From positions 1,736,001 through 1,800,000 of the forward strand of contig OZ218951.1 in the NCBI GenBank assembly GCA_965112735.1: a stretch of 64,000 nucleotides of DNA, written 5' to 3'. Below the pieces are notes generated by a model. It worked only from the letters and a program-made list of their open reading frames with translations, was not told where the DNA came from and searched no databases. The translations under genes and the position numbers were made by a program. The DNA is from Phaeosaccion multiseriatum (lineage: Eukaryota > Protista > Ochrophyta, other classes). Positions 42,201 through 53,996 of the stretch are shown here, piece after piece. Numbering within the stretch: the stretch's first letter is position 1; each line of letters starts with the position of its first letter.

Positions 42201-43673
42201 AAGGACATGGCCGCGGAAGGCTCACGAGGAGCAATCGAAGCGGTAGGTGCTTTACCCTGGCCCCCTTCCAGGCTTGCTTGTCAAAGTGATACATGTGTGT
42301 GTGTATGTTTGTGTGTGTGTGTGTGTGTGTGTCTCTCCTTTACAGGTCACCATGCCCGACATGGAGACCATCAGCCCGGAGGAAGAGAATGTTCGTTTCT
42401 GGTTGGCTTTGGAGGCTTCGGCTGACCTCGTCTGGGTGTCTCACTCGAAAACCATCCCACCTCTCCTCCCTCCATCCTTTTTACTCCTCTCACGCCGCAC
42501 CCCTGTCCAGGAGCAGGTTGGCGAGGCCAGTTCCAGCCCTCTTCTTGTGGGCCTCCGCCAAGGCCTCCATCGTGAGGCGCCTCAACCGTCGCCGCGGGGC
42601 GATTCGGTGGGCAGCGTCGTGCAGGAGGACGAAGGGGTAGAGGAAGAGAAATCCGAGGATACAGACCCCAGGGGGGCAGTACAAGAAGGAGAGGAAGAGG
42701 CACAGAGATCAGAAGGGAGAGGGCAAGGAGCAGGAGCATCAGAAGGAGGCGGGGAGGGGGAGCAGGAGTCACAGCAGGGGCGGGGGAGGGGCAGAGTCGC
42801 AAGCGAAAGAGGGGGCGACCTACAGAGGCAAACACGGCGGGGCTGCCGCCAGAGGGTGACGAGGCCGCCCTACAATGGGCCTTCCACGGTGGGCAGGGGG
42901 ACGAAATTCTCTTTACGCTCTTCAACGCCGAGATTACGCGGAACACGCTACGGTACCTGCTGTCCTTCACGTGGCTGAACGACGAGGTGATCAATCTCTG
43001 CCTCGACCTTATGGCAGAGGACGACAAGACGAAGTGTGAGCTGGACAGCGAACGCCGCCCGACCCACTTCTTCAACTCCCACTTCCTCCACAAGCTCACC
43101 GACAAGTTCCTCAGCATGGACCAGTACGTCTACGCGAACGTGAAGAGGTGGACACAAGGCGAAAAGGTGGTGGGGGGAAACGTTTTCGAGTGTGGCAAGG
43201 TCATTGTGCCGGTCAACATTCACATGCATCACTGGTATTTGGTGATCATTGACATGGAGAAGAAGGTAGTGCAGTGCTACGACAGCAAGTGGGGCAAAGG
43301 CGACCTCGCACGCAACGCTATCATGCTTTGGCTGCAGGACGAGCACGTGGATAAGCTCAAGAGTAAGTGTCTGGGCAAGCTCACCGCTGTGTCTTCTGTC
43401 TCTCATTAACCACCCCCCCCCTTCTTCCTCCTGTCTGCAGCGCCCATGGACATGGTTGGATGGCAGTCCCTGCCGACTTGCAGCGACACGACCCCCTGGC
43501 AGAAGAATGGATACGACTGCGGAGTCTTTACTGTGTCCTTTGCAAGGTGCATCTATGAGGGCAAGTCCCTCAAGGAGGAGGTGCGGGAGGAAGACATGGG
43601 GGAGAAGCGCAATGAGATCGCGCGGATGCTGCTGAAGGAGGCGGAGCGGAGGAAGGAGGCAGGAGAGACTTAA
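36201..43673 (+). pseudogene. KDZ transposase fused to a C-terminal Ulp1/SENP (C48) SUMO protease; multi-exon, with about 3 apparent frameshifts
   Basis: Cys clusters (CPACG, CASCG, CPRCGH), CPICG...VVDG (37855-37890), RRPY...CCK...GLFLCFCSH...ES (~39900-40095), YDN|VCKLHKY across intron 40176-41647, LDRFHLPNHVAC and DTQAAEQNN, which together form the KDZ RNase H-fold pattern. Then a KRKRGRP AT-hook-like motif and the Ulp1 motifs WLNDEVIN, FFNSHF, HHWYLVIID, YDS, QKNGYDCGVF. Frame breaks near 36895, 38500 and 42780. Confidence 0.8.
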
Positions 43674-43680
43674 ATCTAAA

Positions 43681-45452
43681 TCATACATTAGTCATTACTG
43701 GTGGTACTGATACTGGTGGTGTTGCCTCCGCCTCTCCCCGCTTTCGCTTCTTGCTGCCCTTGTCGAGTGGGGCCTCCGCGACGTCTTTGTTGCCCTCTCT
43801 GATCAATGAATGCAGACTGCCTTCGACGGCTTCGGATCCGATCCTCTGGCGATCCCTGGTGGTGTTTGAGCCGTTGCTGTCGCCGCTGCTTCCAGCCGCC
43901 GCTGCGTACACGTGCCTCGTGTACGCAACCACCACAGAGTGCGCCAAGCTCTCGGGAATTCTCAAACACGCGTAGTGCTTTGCTTTGAGAAAGGCTCCAA
44001 ATCCCTTCCAGTCCATAGCTTTGCCGTTGTAGGTCACACCTTGCCAATACTTCGGTTGCGGCGTCGCTCCGATGCAGTACCTGTGGCCGCTGTCGGCGAT
44101 GCCTTTCGCGTTGAGCTGGTGAAGACCATCCCTGACCGCCCCCCTGTCCCAGGGTCCGCCACGGCCTCCTGCCGTCCCCCTGCCCCCCTCTGCGCGGCTT
44201 CCTGCTTCTTCTGTTCGACTTTTCCCTGCAGAACATCTCCTGCATGGCGCTTCATCAAGACCGCACAGACCTTGCGCAGCTCTTTCACTGACACGTCCTC
44301 CTCCACAATCTTTTCAGGGGTCCTGGGTTCGGACGCTTGAACAGCTGTAGACGTTTGCACTTGCCTCGGAAGAATATCGTTCACAGCTTCGCGGATGATG
44401 GAATTCACACGGGAGTCTCGCAGAGCCGTAGCCAGGACGCTGCCATTCGGGAAATTGTTAGTCACAATCTTTCGGACCTCACTGTCTTCCGCCGCAACGA
44501 TAACAATTTTCTCGCCGCAGGCCGCCAACATGGCCGCAGCGGCGTTCATTTTGCCTCTGTACTGCTTCTTTAACGCCTCCCTCTCCTGTGATGACACTGC
44601 ATTGGCTTTCAGGAGCCCAAGGATTTTCTTCTGCGTCGTTCTGCGCAGGGGTGTTGGAAGAGACGTGTTGAAATCGTTACAGCAGGCGGACAGAATGAAG
44701 CTTTAAAGACGAGACAAGGCAGGCCCTTCTCACCTCTTAGTTTTTCCTCCTCTCGCGCCACTAGGGAGTGCTGACGTGGACTTCCCTGCCTCTCGGAGCA
44801 CGGATCCGGAGGCAGTAGCAGAGGCAGCAGTGGCAGCAGCAGTGGCAGCAGCATGTTCCTGGGCTTTGCTAAGTTCGGCTTGACTCTCTCCGCTACCCCT
44901 TTCCAAAGCCCCCTCCGCAAGGCCCTCTGTTCCAATTGTAGTTGGTGGAGAAGGAATCCTTGATGCTGCTGCGGCGCCCCCTTCTCCTCCAAAAATCGCT
45001 GCTCCCGCTACTCCCTCAACCTCTGTTGTCGCTGGTGCTACCGCGGGTGGTGGTAATGATGACGGAGCGGCCGCCGCCCCCGGTTCGCCTCCTGGAGATG
45101 CTGTGAAATCTGTGAAATCAGACAGAGGTCCTCCCAATCCTCCCGCTCCTCCTGGTGTCGGACTTGCGGATGCCGGTGTCCTTCCCGCTCCTGTCCTCGC
45201 TGTTGTGTCTACCGGCGGTGACGGAGCCCCTCCGTTCCTTCCTCCTCCTCCTCCTCCTCCTCTCGCAGCGAGTTCTCCTTTCCCTCCCTTTCCCTTTCCC
45301 TTTCCCTTTCCCATGCTGTTTGGATTACGGGGTGCGACAGACGTTGGAGAAGGTTCCTTCCTTTGAGTGGGGGGACCGGCGTTGCGAACATACCGTCCTA
45401 AACTTGCTTGCGTTCCGCTTCTCTCTGACCGCCGTAGCCCCGAGTCTGTCAT
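43681..45452 (-). CDS. Transposon accessory gene (ORF2), unknown function, convergent with the transposase; one intron and one probable frameshift
   Basis: ORF 44730-45479 joins ORF 44034-44597 through intron ~44641-44733 (AG|gtgag...cgcag|A). It continues into the frame of ORF 43681-44037 (PKYWQGVTYNGKAMDWKGF...KKRKR NLS-like) after a shift near the G-run at ~44140. The stop lies 7 bp from the Ulp1 stop. Confidence 0.55.
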
Positions 45453-45513
45453 CGTTCTGGACACCGAGTGAGCTCTCAAGGAGTACTATGTGGGTGGGGG
45501 GGGGATGGTGGAT

Positions 45514-45669
45514 GCTCGAATCCGCGTGTACGCCAGCCTGTCCCCTGCGCTCAGTCGTGGCTCCGACTTGAGACCACCCCTCGTGCTCTCGACACGAATA
45601 AGCCTTAGCTAATGTCGCGACCACATGCTGCTCTCGACACGAAACCACACTCAAAACCCTTACCTAAAT
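45514..45669 (-). repeat. Right terminal inverted repeat
   Basis: GCTCGAATCCGCGTGTA...CACACTCAAAACCCTTACCTAAAT is the reverse complement of 35861-36017. Confidence 0.93.
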
Positions 45670-45731
45670 GGGCCATCTGTGCGCCGCCTTCCATTAATTA
45701 CAATTCCCCCCAAGAGCGAGCGACTGGGAGC

Positions 45732-47301
45732 ATGGCATCAGAGACCGGCGGTGAGGTAGGGGGGGGGGCAGCAAATGCGGCATCGGGAAGAGGAGGAGGA
45801 CGAGGAGGTGGAGGAGAGGGGGGAGGAGGCGGAGGAGGAGGGGGAGGAGGAGGAGGAGTACTCAGCAAGACGGAGCGGAGGAGGCTGGCCAAGCAGGCCA
45901 AGAAGGCCAAGATGATCCCGGTGAAGAAGAAGAAGAGGGAAAAGCTGGTGAAGAAGATTATGACGAAGGTGGAGCGAAGGGAGAAGTACACAAAGCTGTG
46001 AGTAAGCGAGGGCCGAAGGGACCGACACCTTTCACTCTAAGGCTTGCTACTTTACTTTGGCCCCCTCCTCATGTGTCTCTCTCCCTTCCACCTCCGCCCA
46101 ACAGAGCTGCCGAGAAGCGAGAGAAGGCGCGAGCGAAGATCGATCAGAAATTCAATGAGAGTAAGGAGAAAAAGATGGTGAGCGCGCGTGATGGAGAGGC
46201 ATCGGCATCAGTGCTGGTGGTTGTGAAATTCTCTGGCGGCTTGGCATAATTCTCTCCCCCCCTGGTCCTTTGCCCTTGCTGCTCTCTTGTTAGTGGTGTC
46301 TCGGCTGCCGGAAGAGGGGCCATTTACTCGTCACCTGTCCGAATAAAGGAGGAGGAGCAGGAGGAGGAGGTGGAGATACAGCCCCCTCCGGCCACCAGGG
46401 ATCCGGTGGAGGCATGGGGGCGCTGGGGATATGCTTCAATTGCGGATCTACGGAGCACGCACTGCGAAACTGCAAGAAGCCAAAGGCAAAGGACGGCTCC
46501 TTGCCTTACGCGACGTGCTTCATTTGCGGGGGGAAGGGCCACCTCAGTGGTCAATGCGAGGAGAACGAGAAGGGTATGTATCCTAAAGGTGGATGCTGCA
46601 ATGGCTGCGGCTCGGTCCGTCATCTCAGGAAGGACTGCCCCCACAATGACCCGATTGAAGAGGCGCGCAGAGCAGCGGCCCGTGGTAAGAAGAGGCTGAG
46701 GGAAGGCGGCGGGGATGGAGAGGAGGTGGCGAGTGACACGGAAAGCGAAGAAGGCGGCGGTGGCGGTGACGGTGGTACTGACACTGATGATGGTGATGAT
46801 GGTGACGAGGGTAGCGACGAAGCTGGGGGAGAAGGAGGAGGAGGTGGTGAAGCTATCCCCGCCAACAAGAGACAGGTTAAGGCAACACAAGGTAAGGAGG
46901 CCCTTACCGTCAGCAATAGCAATGGCAGTAGCAGCGGCAAAGCCTCGGCTCAACAGGAGAGTGGCAAGAAGAAGAGCAAGACGAAGAAGGAGGCAGCAGT
47001 GGTGGACACCGTGGCACTGGTGGCGGCCAAGGCGAGGGGAGACGATATCATTGACGACTACTTTGACTTTGAAAGGGACGAGCCGCTGCTTCCTAGTAGC
47101 GAGGCGAGCGATGAGGATGGAGAGAACGGGGTGGAGGAGGAGGAGGAGGAGCAGGAGCAGGAGTGGGGCGCGAAGGGCAAAGGTGCCCTAGGCAAGCAGC
47201 AGCAGCAGAAGAAGAAGCAGAAGCCGTCTGCGGAGTCCAACAGCGCCAAGAAGCTGAAAAAGAAGAAGAAGAAGAAGAAGCCGCAGATGACTCTCTTCTG
47301 A
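45732..47301 (+). CDS. ZCCHC9: ZCCHC9-like protein with four CCHC zinc knuckles
   Basis: Exons 45732-45997, 46105-46177 and 46294-47301. Knuckles: CLGCRKRGHLLVTC, CFNCGSTEHALRNC, CFICGGKGHLSGQC, CNGCGSVRHLRKDC. The linker NEKGMYPKGG resembles ZCCHC9; tail is Lys-rich. Confidence 0.8.
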
Positions 47302-47536
47302 GAGACTGTACTACTAGTGTCATTTGTTATAATTTGATTATAAAATAGGGGTGCTCAAAACATTACCGCGCTCGAACACTCGTCATGGCGATGTCAATGC
47401 CCGAGACGGGACCTTCCATCCCCGCCCTCCCAAACCCCCCAACCCCTCCTTCTCCACCCCCTATTCTCTCCAAGCATCTCCTTATACTCTAAAAAAACAG
47501 CTCCGGCAAGAGCTAGAGACCACCCCCCCCCCCCCC

Positions 47537-48770
47537 CTAGGCCTTCACCTCGGCCTCAGCCTCGGAGGAGGCAGGAGTAGGCAGAGGGGCCGACTTGACC
47601 TTGACGGTAGAGTTCTGTGCGATCCAGCTCAGAACGTTGTTGCGCTGAATAGTGGCCTCAATTTTGTCCTTCACGGCAGCCTCGTCGAGCGGCGCTCCCT
47701 TGGCTTCTGCGCGCACCAGCTCTAATTGGTCGTCGACTTCCTGGGGGGTGGGCTGCAGGCCCTCCTTCTCGGCGATGTGGGCGTAGGCCAGGGATGTCTG
47801 TTTTGTATGTTGCAAGGAAATGCATTGCATTGCATTGTAAGAAAAAGGAGAAGCAAGGCCAAAGTAGGGCAAAAAGAAGCAAGAGGCGAAGTGGAACAGG
47901 AGCGGCAAAGTTTGAGCCGCAAAGTTGAACCGGGGGGGTTTGTGTATCATCTTGTCTAGAGCACTCACAAGAGCACGAAAGGAACGACACAACCTGTTGT
48001 TCACACACCCCATTTTCAGCCTCTTTCCTCCACTCCACGGCACTTTCCTAGTCTCCTACCACTCCGCCGTCCTCTCCCCGTCTCCATCACCACCCCCGCC
48101 CCAACCCACCAGCACCCCACACACCTCCCCACTGACATCCCTACCTCCACCTACACACACACCTTGAGCTGACGAGTGGTGGACACGCGCACAATCTCCA
48201 CATACTTATCGAAGCTCTCCTTTGTAATCATCTTCTTCACCTCCTCATCGGGCGTGCCCTGGTCCTTCATCTCAGTCATCATAATGGCGAACTTCTGTCG
48301 GGCCTGCTCAACCACGAGTGTCTCGGGCACCTCCGTGTCGAGCACCTTGGCAAGCTCGATCTGTGTGTGTGTGTGTGTGTGCGTGCGCGCGTGTGTGTGT
48401 ATAAGCGTGTCTGTGTTGTGCAGTGGGGTGTTCAGAGAGAAAGAGAGATAGAGCTCTGCTCCTACACCACGCACGTACCTCCAGCAGCCTATTCCTCTCC
48501 TCGTCCACCCCCTGCCCCGCCTCTTCCTGAACAGCAACGATGACCTCCTTCTGTAACTTCTCGAAGGTGAGGTCCTCTCGGATGGCCTTGGCGAAGTCGT
48601 CATCCTCCTTGGGGATCGTGCGCGTCTGTCAAGTTGTCAGGTGAATGAAGCACATCGAACCGAACATACAACGCGGGTAGGAGAGGAGAATGAAGGGGTT
48701 AACCCACAATTTGAAACACGAAGAATTAACATTATCACCACGCATTGTTATTATCACCATCACCACCAAC

Positions 48771-48804
<34 letters not shown>

Positions 48805-49437
48805 TCATCATCACTGTCATCAGCACCCACACGTGAGCATGACCATGTGACCACCTACCTTGATGGTCCTGACCTTGACCTCGAAGATGGCCTCAACCCC
48901 CTCCAGCGAGCTTGCCCTGCCCATCTTCTCTGGGAACTTGCACGTCACCTCTCTCGTCTCGTCGGCCTTGACGCCCACGAGGCCCTCGGCCAGGCCGGGC
49001 ATGTACCTGTGAGAGGAGGAAGGGAGGGGGGGGGGTTCAGAGAGAGAGAAAGCGTGTTCAGAGTGTGTGCTGTTGTCTTGTGTGTTTGTGTGCGTGTGAT
49101 GTGTGTAGTGGGGACGTTGTTTAGAGAGAGACAGAGAGTGTGGTTTGTGTGCGTGTATATGTGTGTCTTTGTGTATGTACCCACCTGCCCTCCTCCAGCA
49201 CAATCTCCACCTCGTCTCCAGAGGCCAGCTCCGGCAGGAGGTCTCCCTTGGACCCATCGGGGTTGGCGATATAGGGGATCATGTCGACGATAGCGCTGTC
49301 TCCGAGCTGGGCTGCGTAGTCGTCCTCGGTGTCTTCGAGCTTGATAGCCCTCTCCTTCAGGCTGGCCATGGCGGCGTTGTATCGAGCCTGAGGTGCGATC
49401 GTAAACGGGATGGGACGGTGGGGACGAAATGCATTTC

Positions 49438-49474
<37 letters not shown>

Positions 49475-50839
49475 GTCATACACATACACACAGAGCCACG
49501 GGAGGAGGGGAGAACGAGCGGAGATTTTTTGCTGACCATCCAGTCATACAGGCTTCTCTCTTTGTGACGTCTCTTTTGCCTCACCTCATCGTACTGTGCC
49601 TCGTCCACCTCGATTTCGAAACCTGTGTATTCACCGATGAATTTCAGCTCCGGCCACACATCCACCTTGACGGAGATCCTCAAAGGCTCTCCTGTGATTG
49701 GCCAGCGAAGAGGAGGGGGGGGGTAGGGCACGCGAGAGAGAGATTGAGAGAGCGCGGTTGATTCGAATCAGCTAAAAAAGACATGCCAGGTCCACGCGAA
49801 ACTCCTCAAAAACGGACCCGCTGAGCAAATGGAGAGCTTCCACCCACCCACCCACCTGGCTCCATCCTCTGAATCAACTCTTCAGGGGTGTCTAAGAGGT
49901 CGGCCTGTCCAATCACGCGCAGCCCGGTCTCTTCGATGGCCTGTCGCGTATGGCGCAAAGCAGAAAGGAGGCAGGAGGAAGGGAGTGAGGACATCGGAGA
50001 TGGTAATGAGCACCTCCTCGGCCCCGGGGAGAAGGAGCCTCTCTATCTACCATGCCACCGTGCAAGAACCGTCTGCTTGGCTCTTGGCTGGATCGCTACT
50101 GGCTCCCTCGCTCTCTCTCTCCCTCCTGACTCACCTCCCGGATGGCTCCCTCCGAGATATCCTCCATGCACTTGGCCTTGACCTCGTCCTTGCCTACGTA
50201 GCTCAACAGCACGCTATCCGGGATGCGAGTGCCCTTGCTACTCAACGACAACAACAACAACAACGGCACGGAGAGAGAGAGACAGAGAGAGATGGTGGTC
50301 AATGAGAAGCAACATGACTGAAACACGTCAGAAAAGCCGATTTGCACCTCTACAAGGTTGCCCCTTAGCCACACACTATCCCACCCTCCCATCCCATTCC
50401 TGAGTTACACATGCACTTACTCAAAGCCGGGAATCTGGGAGCCCTTCCCGAACTTGCGCAAGGTCTTGGAGAACGCAGACTTGGTGAGGGTTCCGGGCAC
50501 ATTGATATCAATGGTGACGCTGCTGTTTGCCGCAGGAGTCACCTTGGAGGTGTATGTCTCCACTGCGGCCATGTGCATGACCACAGGCGAGTTGCGTGCC
50601 CGCGGTGCCGCCCAGGATCGGCCAGACTCCGAGGAAGAAGACGCAATCGCTTGTGGGGCGGTTCTACATGACGTCTGTGCGCAGGTTGCGGGGCCTGCGA
50701 TGGAGCGAGTTACCGCAGTGGTTTGTGCAGAGGAGGAAGAGGTGGTGGTGGTTGTGGTGGAGAGGGATGGCACAAAGGCATCTGCGCCTGTCGACAATGC
50801 AGCTACTGCAACCAGTCCAGCGGCGGCCACAGTCCTCAT
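47537..50839 (-). CDS. tig: Plastid-targeted trigger factor (ribosome-associated chaperone/PPIase), about 9 exons
   Basis: Signal peptide with ADA|FVP cleavage motif, then a Ser/Thr-rich transit peptide. Motifs: IPGF(D)KGTRIP ribosome-binding loop, VKVDVWPEL, FKBP-like YMPGLAEGLVGVKADETREV, DDDFAKAI, and C-terminal EVPETLV and IAEKEGL. Confidence 0.92.
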
Positions 50840-51078
50840 GTCTAACCCCTGCTCTTCGTTATCTTAGTCTCGGTTGCTGGCGGGGGGAGGAGGAGGATAC
50901 TTTGAAGATTTTTGTGGACCCCCCTGCCCCTCGTTTTTCAGCTGAATGCGACTGGATTGTTAAAGGTGAATTGGCGGGTATCACCCTTTTTCCCAGCTGC
51001 TTTTTCCCTCCTCTATTTACAGTCTCTCCCCGAAAGCTTAAGGCGATGGGATAGAGACAATGACTGGTTGTCCCTGTA

Positions 51079-51972
51079 ATGGAGTGCACATGCTGCTCCC
51101 TCTACAAACTCGGGTGCCTTTTGCACAAGCCCGAGCAAATCGATGTGCTAGCCTTCATAGGCGAAGGGCTGGGAGGAGGGGAGGCCGCTTGGAGCACCAT
51201 ACAAAGCTTGACCAACCTCAAGAGACTATATCTTCAGGTGAGGATCGAGTGAGCTTCGAGAGAATCCGTCCTCAAACTGCTGCTGATCAATCGCCTTGCC
51301 TCCCCACGGTGCCCCTCCCTCTCCACGTCTGCCCCTCAGTTCAACTCATTGCAGAGCGTGGAGCCCTGCCTTCCTCTGAGCTCTCTCCTCTCTCTGGACC
51401 TTTCACACAATAGCATCACCTCTCTCGCTGGCGTGGAAAGCCTTCGCTGTCTCCGCGTACTGCGGGCCGGGGGGAATGCCATCACGAGCCTGCTACCACC
51501 CCTGCTTCTGCCCAGGCTGAGCGAACTCTGGCTGCAAGACAATCTTATTGAGGCCCCAGAGCTTATCTATCTGCATGGCGGATCATTCAGCAGCGTTGAC
51601 AATACTCTAAGCAGCAGCAAAGGCAGCAGGAAGAATCCCGGAGGAGTGAAGGAACGCCCGGACCAAGACCAAAACGCCCTCGAGAGACTGCTCTTGAAGA
51701 ACAATCCCTGCGCCAAGCTCGAGCGGTATCGTACTATACTAGTTGCGTGGCTACCAAAGCTGGAGGTAAGGAGGAGATCGCTGAACATGCTGGGCTAGCA
51801 AGTCGTGTGTTGTCACGCCGGCCAGGCAGAGATACGGGAGCACTCCTTCGTTGTTGGGGGGAAAGGGACCGGCCCGGCCTCTGGACATCGGTGTAACAGG
51901 ACCACCCAATGCTGGAGGGGCTTAAGAGCCCCTCCGCAGCTACTACTACCACTACTACCACTACTACTACTG

Positions 51973-52020
<48 letters not shown>

Positions 52021-52097
52021 CTGCTCCTCCTCCTCTTTTTACTATTACTACTACTGCTACTACTACGACGACGACTACTACTACTACTACTACTACT

Positions 52098-52131
<34 letters not shown>

Positions 52132-53996
52132 GCTGCTACTACTACTACTACCACCACTACTACTACTGCTTGCTACGAGTACTCAACTTTGCTAACCCCT
52201 TCCCTCCCTCACTCCCTCTCCCTCCTTCGCCTTTTCTTCAAACTCGCACGCACCCACCCACGCACGTGATCATATGATCACGATTGCAGGTGCTGGACTG
52301 CCGAAGGGTGTCAGTGGGAGAGAAGGGCACCAGCAGGGCGTGGCTACGGAGCAAGGATGGCACTGCTACGGCCCACAGCCTCAAACTGCAATTCGCCGCT
52401 CAGCAGCAGACGCGGAGGCAGCAGCGGAAAGCAGGGCGGCAGCAAAGGAAGGACCAGGAACATCCGCAACGACGACAGGGCGGAGAGGGGGGCCAGCGAG
52501 AGGGGCACTTTCCGGAGAGGAGCAAGCAGAAGGACGAGTCGACGGTTTCCGGGAGGAGACGGCTAAGAAGGGCGGAGATGGGGACTGAGCAGCAGCGTGG
52601 CGTGGGTCAAGAAGGGCAACAGAGACAGCAGCAGCATACACGAAATAAAGGAAAGCAGATGTCAGTGAGGTATCAGGAGCCATTCAAGAACGCCGTATCG
52701 CCGAAGAGTCCATCTCCCACGAGGCGAGATGCGGCGAGGGCAGCAGCAGCAGCAGCGCCACGATTCCCAACCATCGTCTCTGCGGGTAGCTCACCAGATG
52801 ATGGCGGTGCAGGTGATCATGGTGCTGCGGCGGCGGTTGGTGACCGTGTCTGTCCGCCGTCTCCGCTCCCTGAGGTGGGGGAGGCCCGCTCTCCTGCAGC
52901 CGCTGCTACCTCTCGGGGAGGAGGAGGAGGGGGAGGAGGAGGAGGAGGAGGAGGAGGAGGAGGAGGAGGAGGAGGAGGAGGAGGAGGAGGAGGAGGAGGA
53001 GGAGGAGGAGGAAGAAGAAGAAGAAGAAGAAGAAGAGAAGGAGGAAGAAGAGAGAAGGGCCAGGGCCGCTCACCACCCCGATCACAGCGCGGTTCAGGAG
53101 CCGAGACGGGTAAGCAAGAAGAGACGGAGAGAGGTACCACGGCGGGGCGCGGGGACTCTCACCCCCGTCCCTCTCCGGTGGAGAGGAAGGAGGAGCGTCG
53201 CGGCTGCCCTCTTGTAGCAGGGGGTGGCACGGCGCTTCCATGGAACCTTACTGAACAAGGGCCCTCTCCCACCGAAGATGTGACCATGTATTACGGCAAG
53301 GGTCATGGTGGTTCAAGCCAGAGCAACAGCAGTAGAAGCGGCCATGCCACTGGACGAGGGAGTATCTCCTTGAGTCTCAAGGCGAATGGCTCAGGCATGG
53401 CTAGGTGGCCGAGGGGACCAAGTGCGGTGCTGCTCGACGTGGGGGAGCGCGTGTGGGCGCAGCATGAGGACGGGGGCGTTGCCGTGGCCTTTGACTGCCA
53501 TTCGGGGGCAGGCAGCGTCAGCGACTGCAGGGGCAGGACCGTATTTTCTGTAACGTCGGAAGGGAGCGGCATGACCTTTGCCTCCGACGGGTCCGTGGCC
53601 AAGCACTGGCGGCTCTCTTCTTCTTGGAGTAGTGAGGAGAGACGAACCGCCGACGGCCACGGTGGCAAGACTCACAACAACAACAACAACAGCCACAACG
53701 ACGACGATGAGGACGACGATGGAAAAAGAAGGGGTGTTGGTGCTACGCCGCCGCTGCGCTTCAAGCTGAGCAAGCACATGCGCGTCGTGTATCACCTCTT
53801 CAGCGCAGAGCTCGAGGTCTTCTTTGGGTGTCGCGGGGCCCACTGCGCCTTCTCCAGCGCTCGCGGCTGGTGCTTGCTCGGCCAGGGGGGGGAGAACAAG
53901 GCGCCGCCGCCGCCGCAGCAGCAGCAGCAGCAGGAGGAGGAGGAGGAGGAGGAGGAGGAGGAGGAGGAGGGGGAGAAGGGGGGAGGAGGCGCGTAG
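51079..53996 (+). CDS. Leucine-rich-repeat (SDS22-like + LRRcap) protein with a C-terminal FAM194/ERICH6-like domain
   Basis: Exons 51079-51237, 51340-51765 and 52290-53996. LRRs: LKRLYLQFNSL, LLSLDLSHNSI, LRVLRAGGNAI, LSELWLQDNLI. Cap: LLLKNNPC...YR...LPKLEVLD. C-terminal beta-rich GSGMARWPRG...VAFD...GSV...G...KHW...LRFKLSKHMRV pattern. Confidence 0.7.
51940..52170. repeat. (CTA)n-rich microsatellite in an LRR-gene intron
   Basis: Directly visible. Confidence 0.9.

Larger units (their letters stand above)
35861..45669 (+). mobile_element. KDZ (Kyakuja-Dileera-Zisupton)-type DNA transposon, ~9.8 kb, with long terminal inverted repeats
   Basis: ~157-bp inverted repeats at both ends (about 5 differences). 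Encloses a transposase-Ulp1 gene (+) and a convergent second gene (-). Composition differs from the host (few microsatellites, no dispersed 15-mer). No clear target-site duplication seen. Confidence 0.88.

Noticed and set aside
35845-45685. Target-site duplication flanking the transposon
   Set aside because: The flanks (…GATCCCGGAGG and GGGCCATCTG…) share no direct repeat; the exact termini may be a few bp off.
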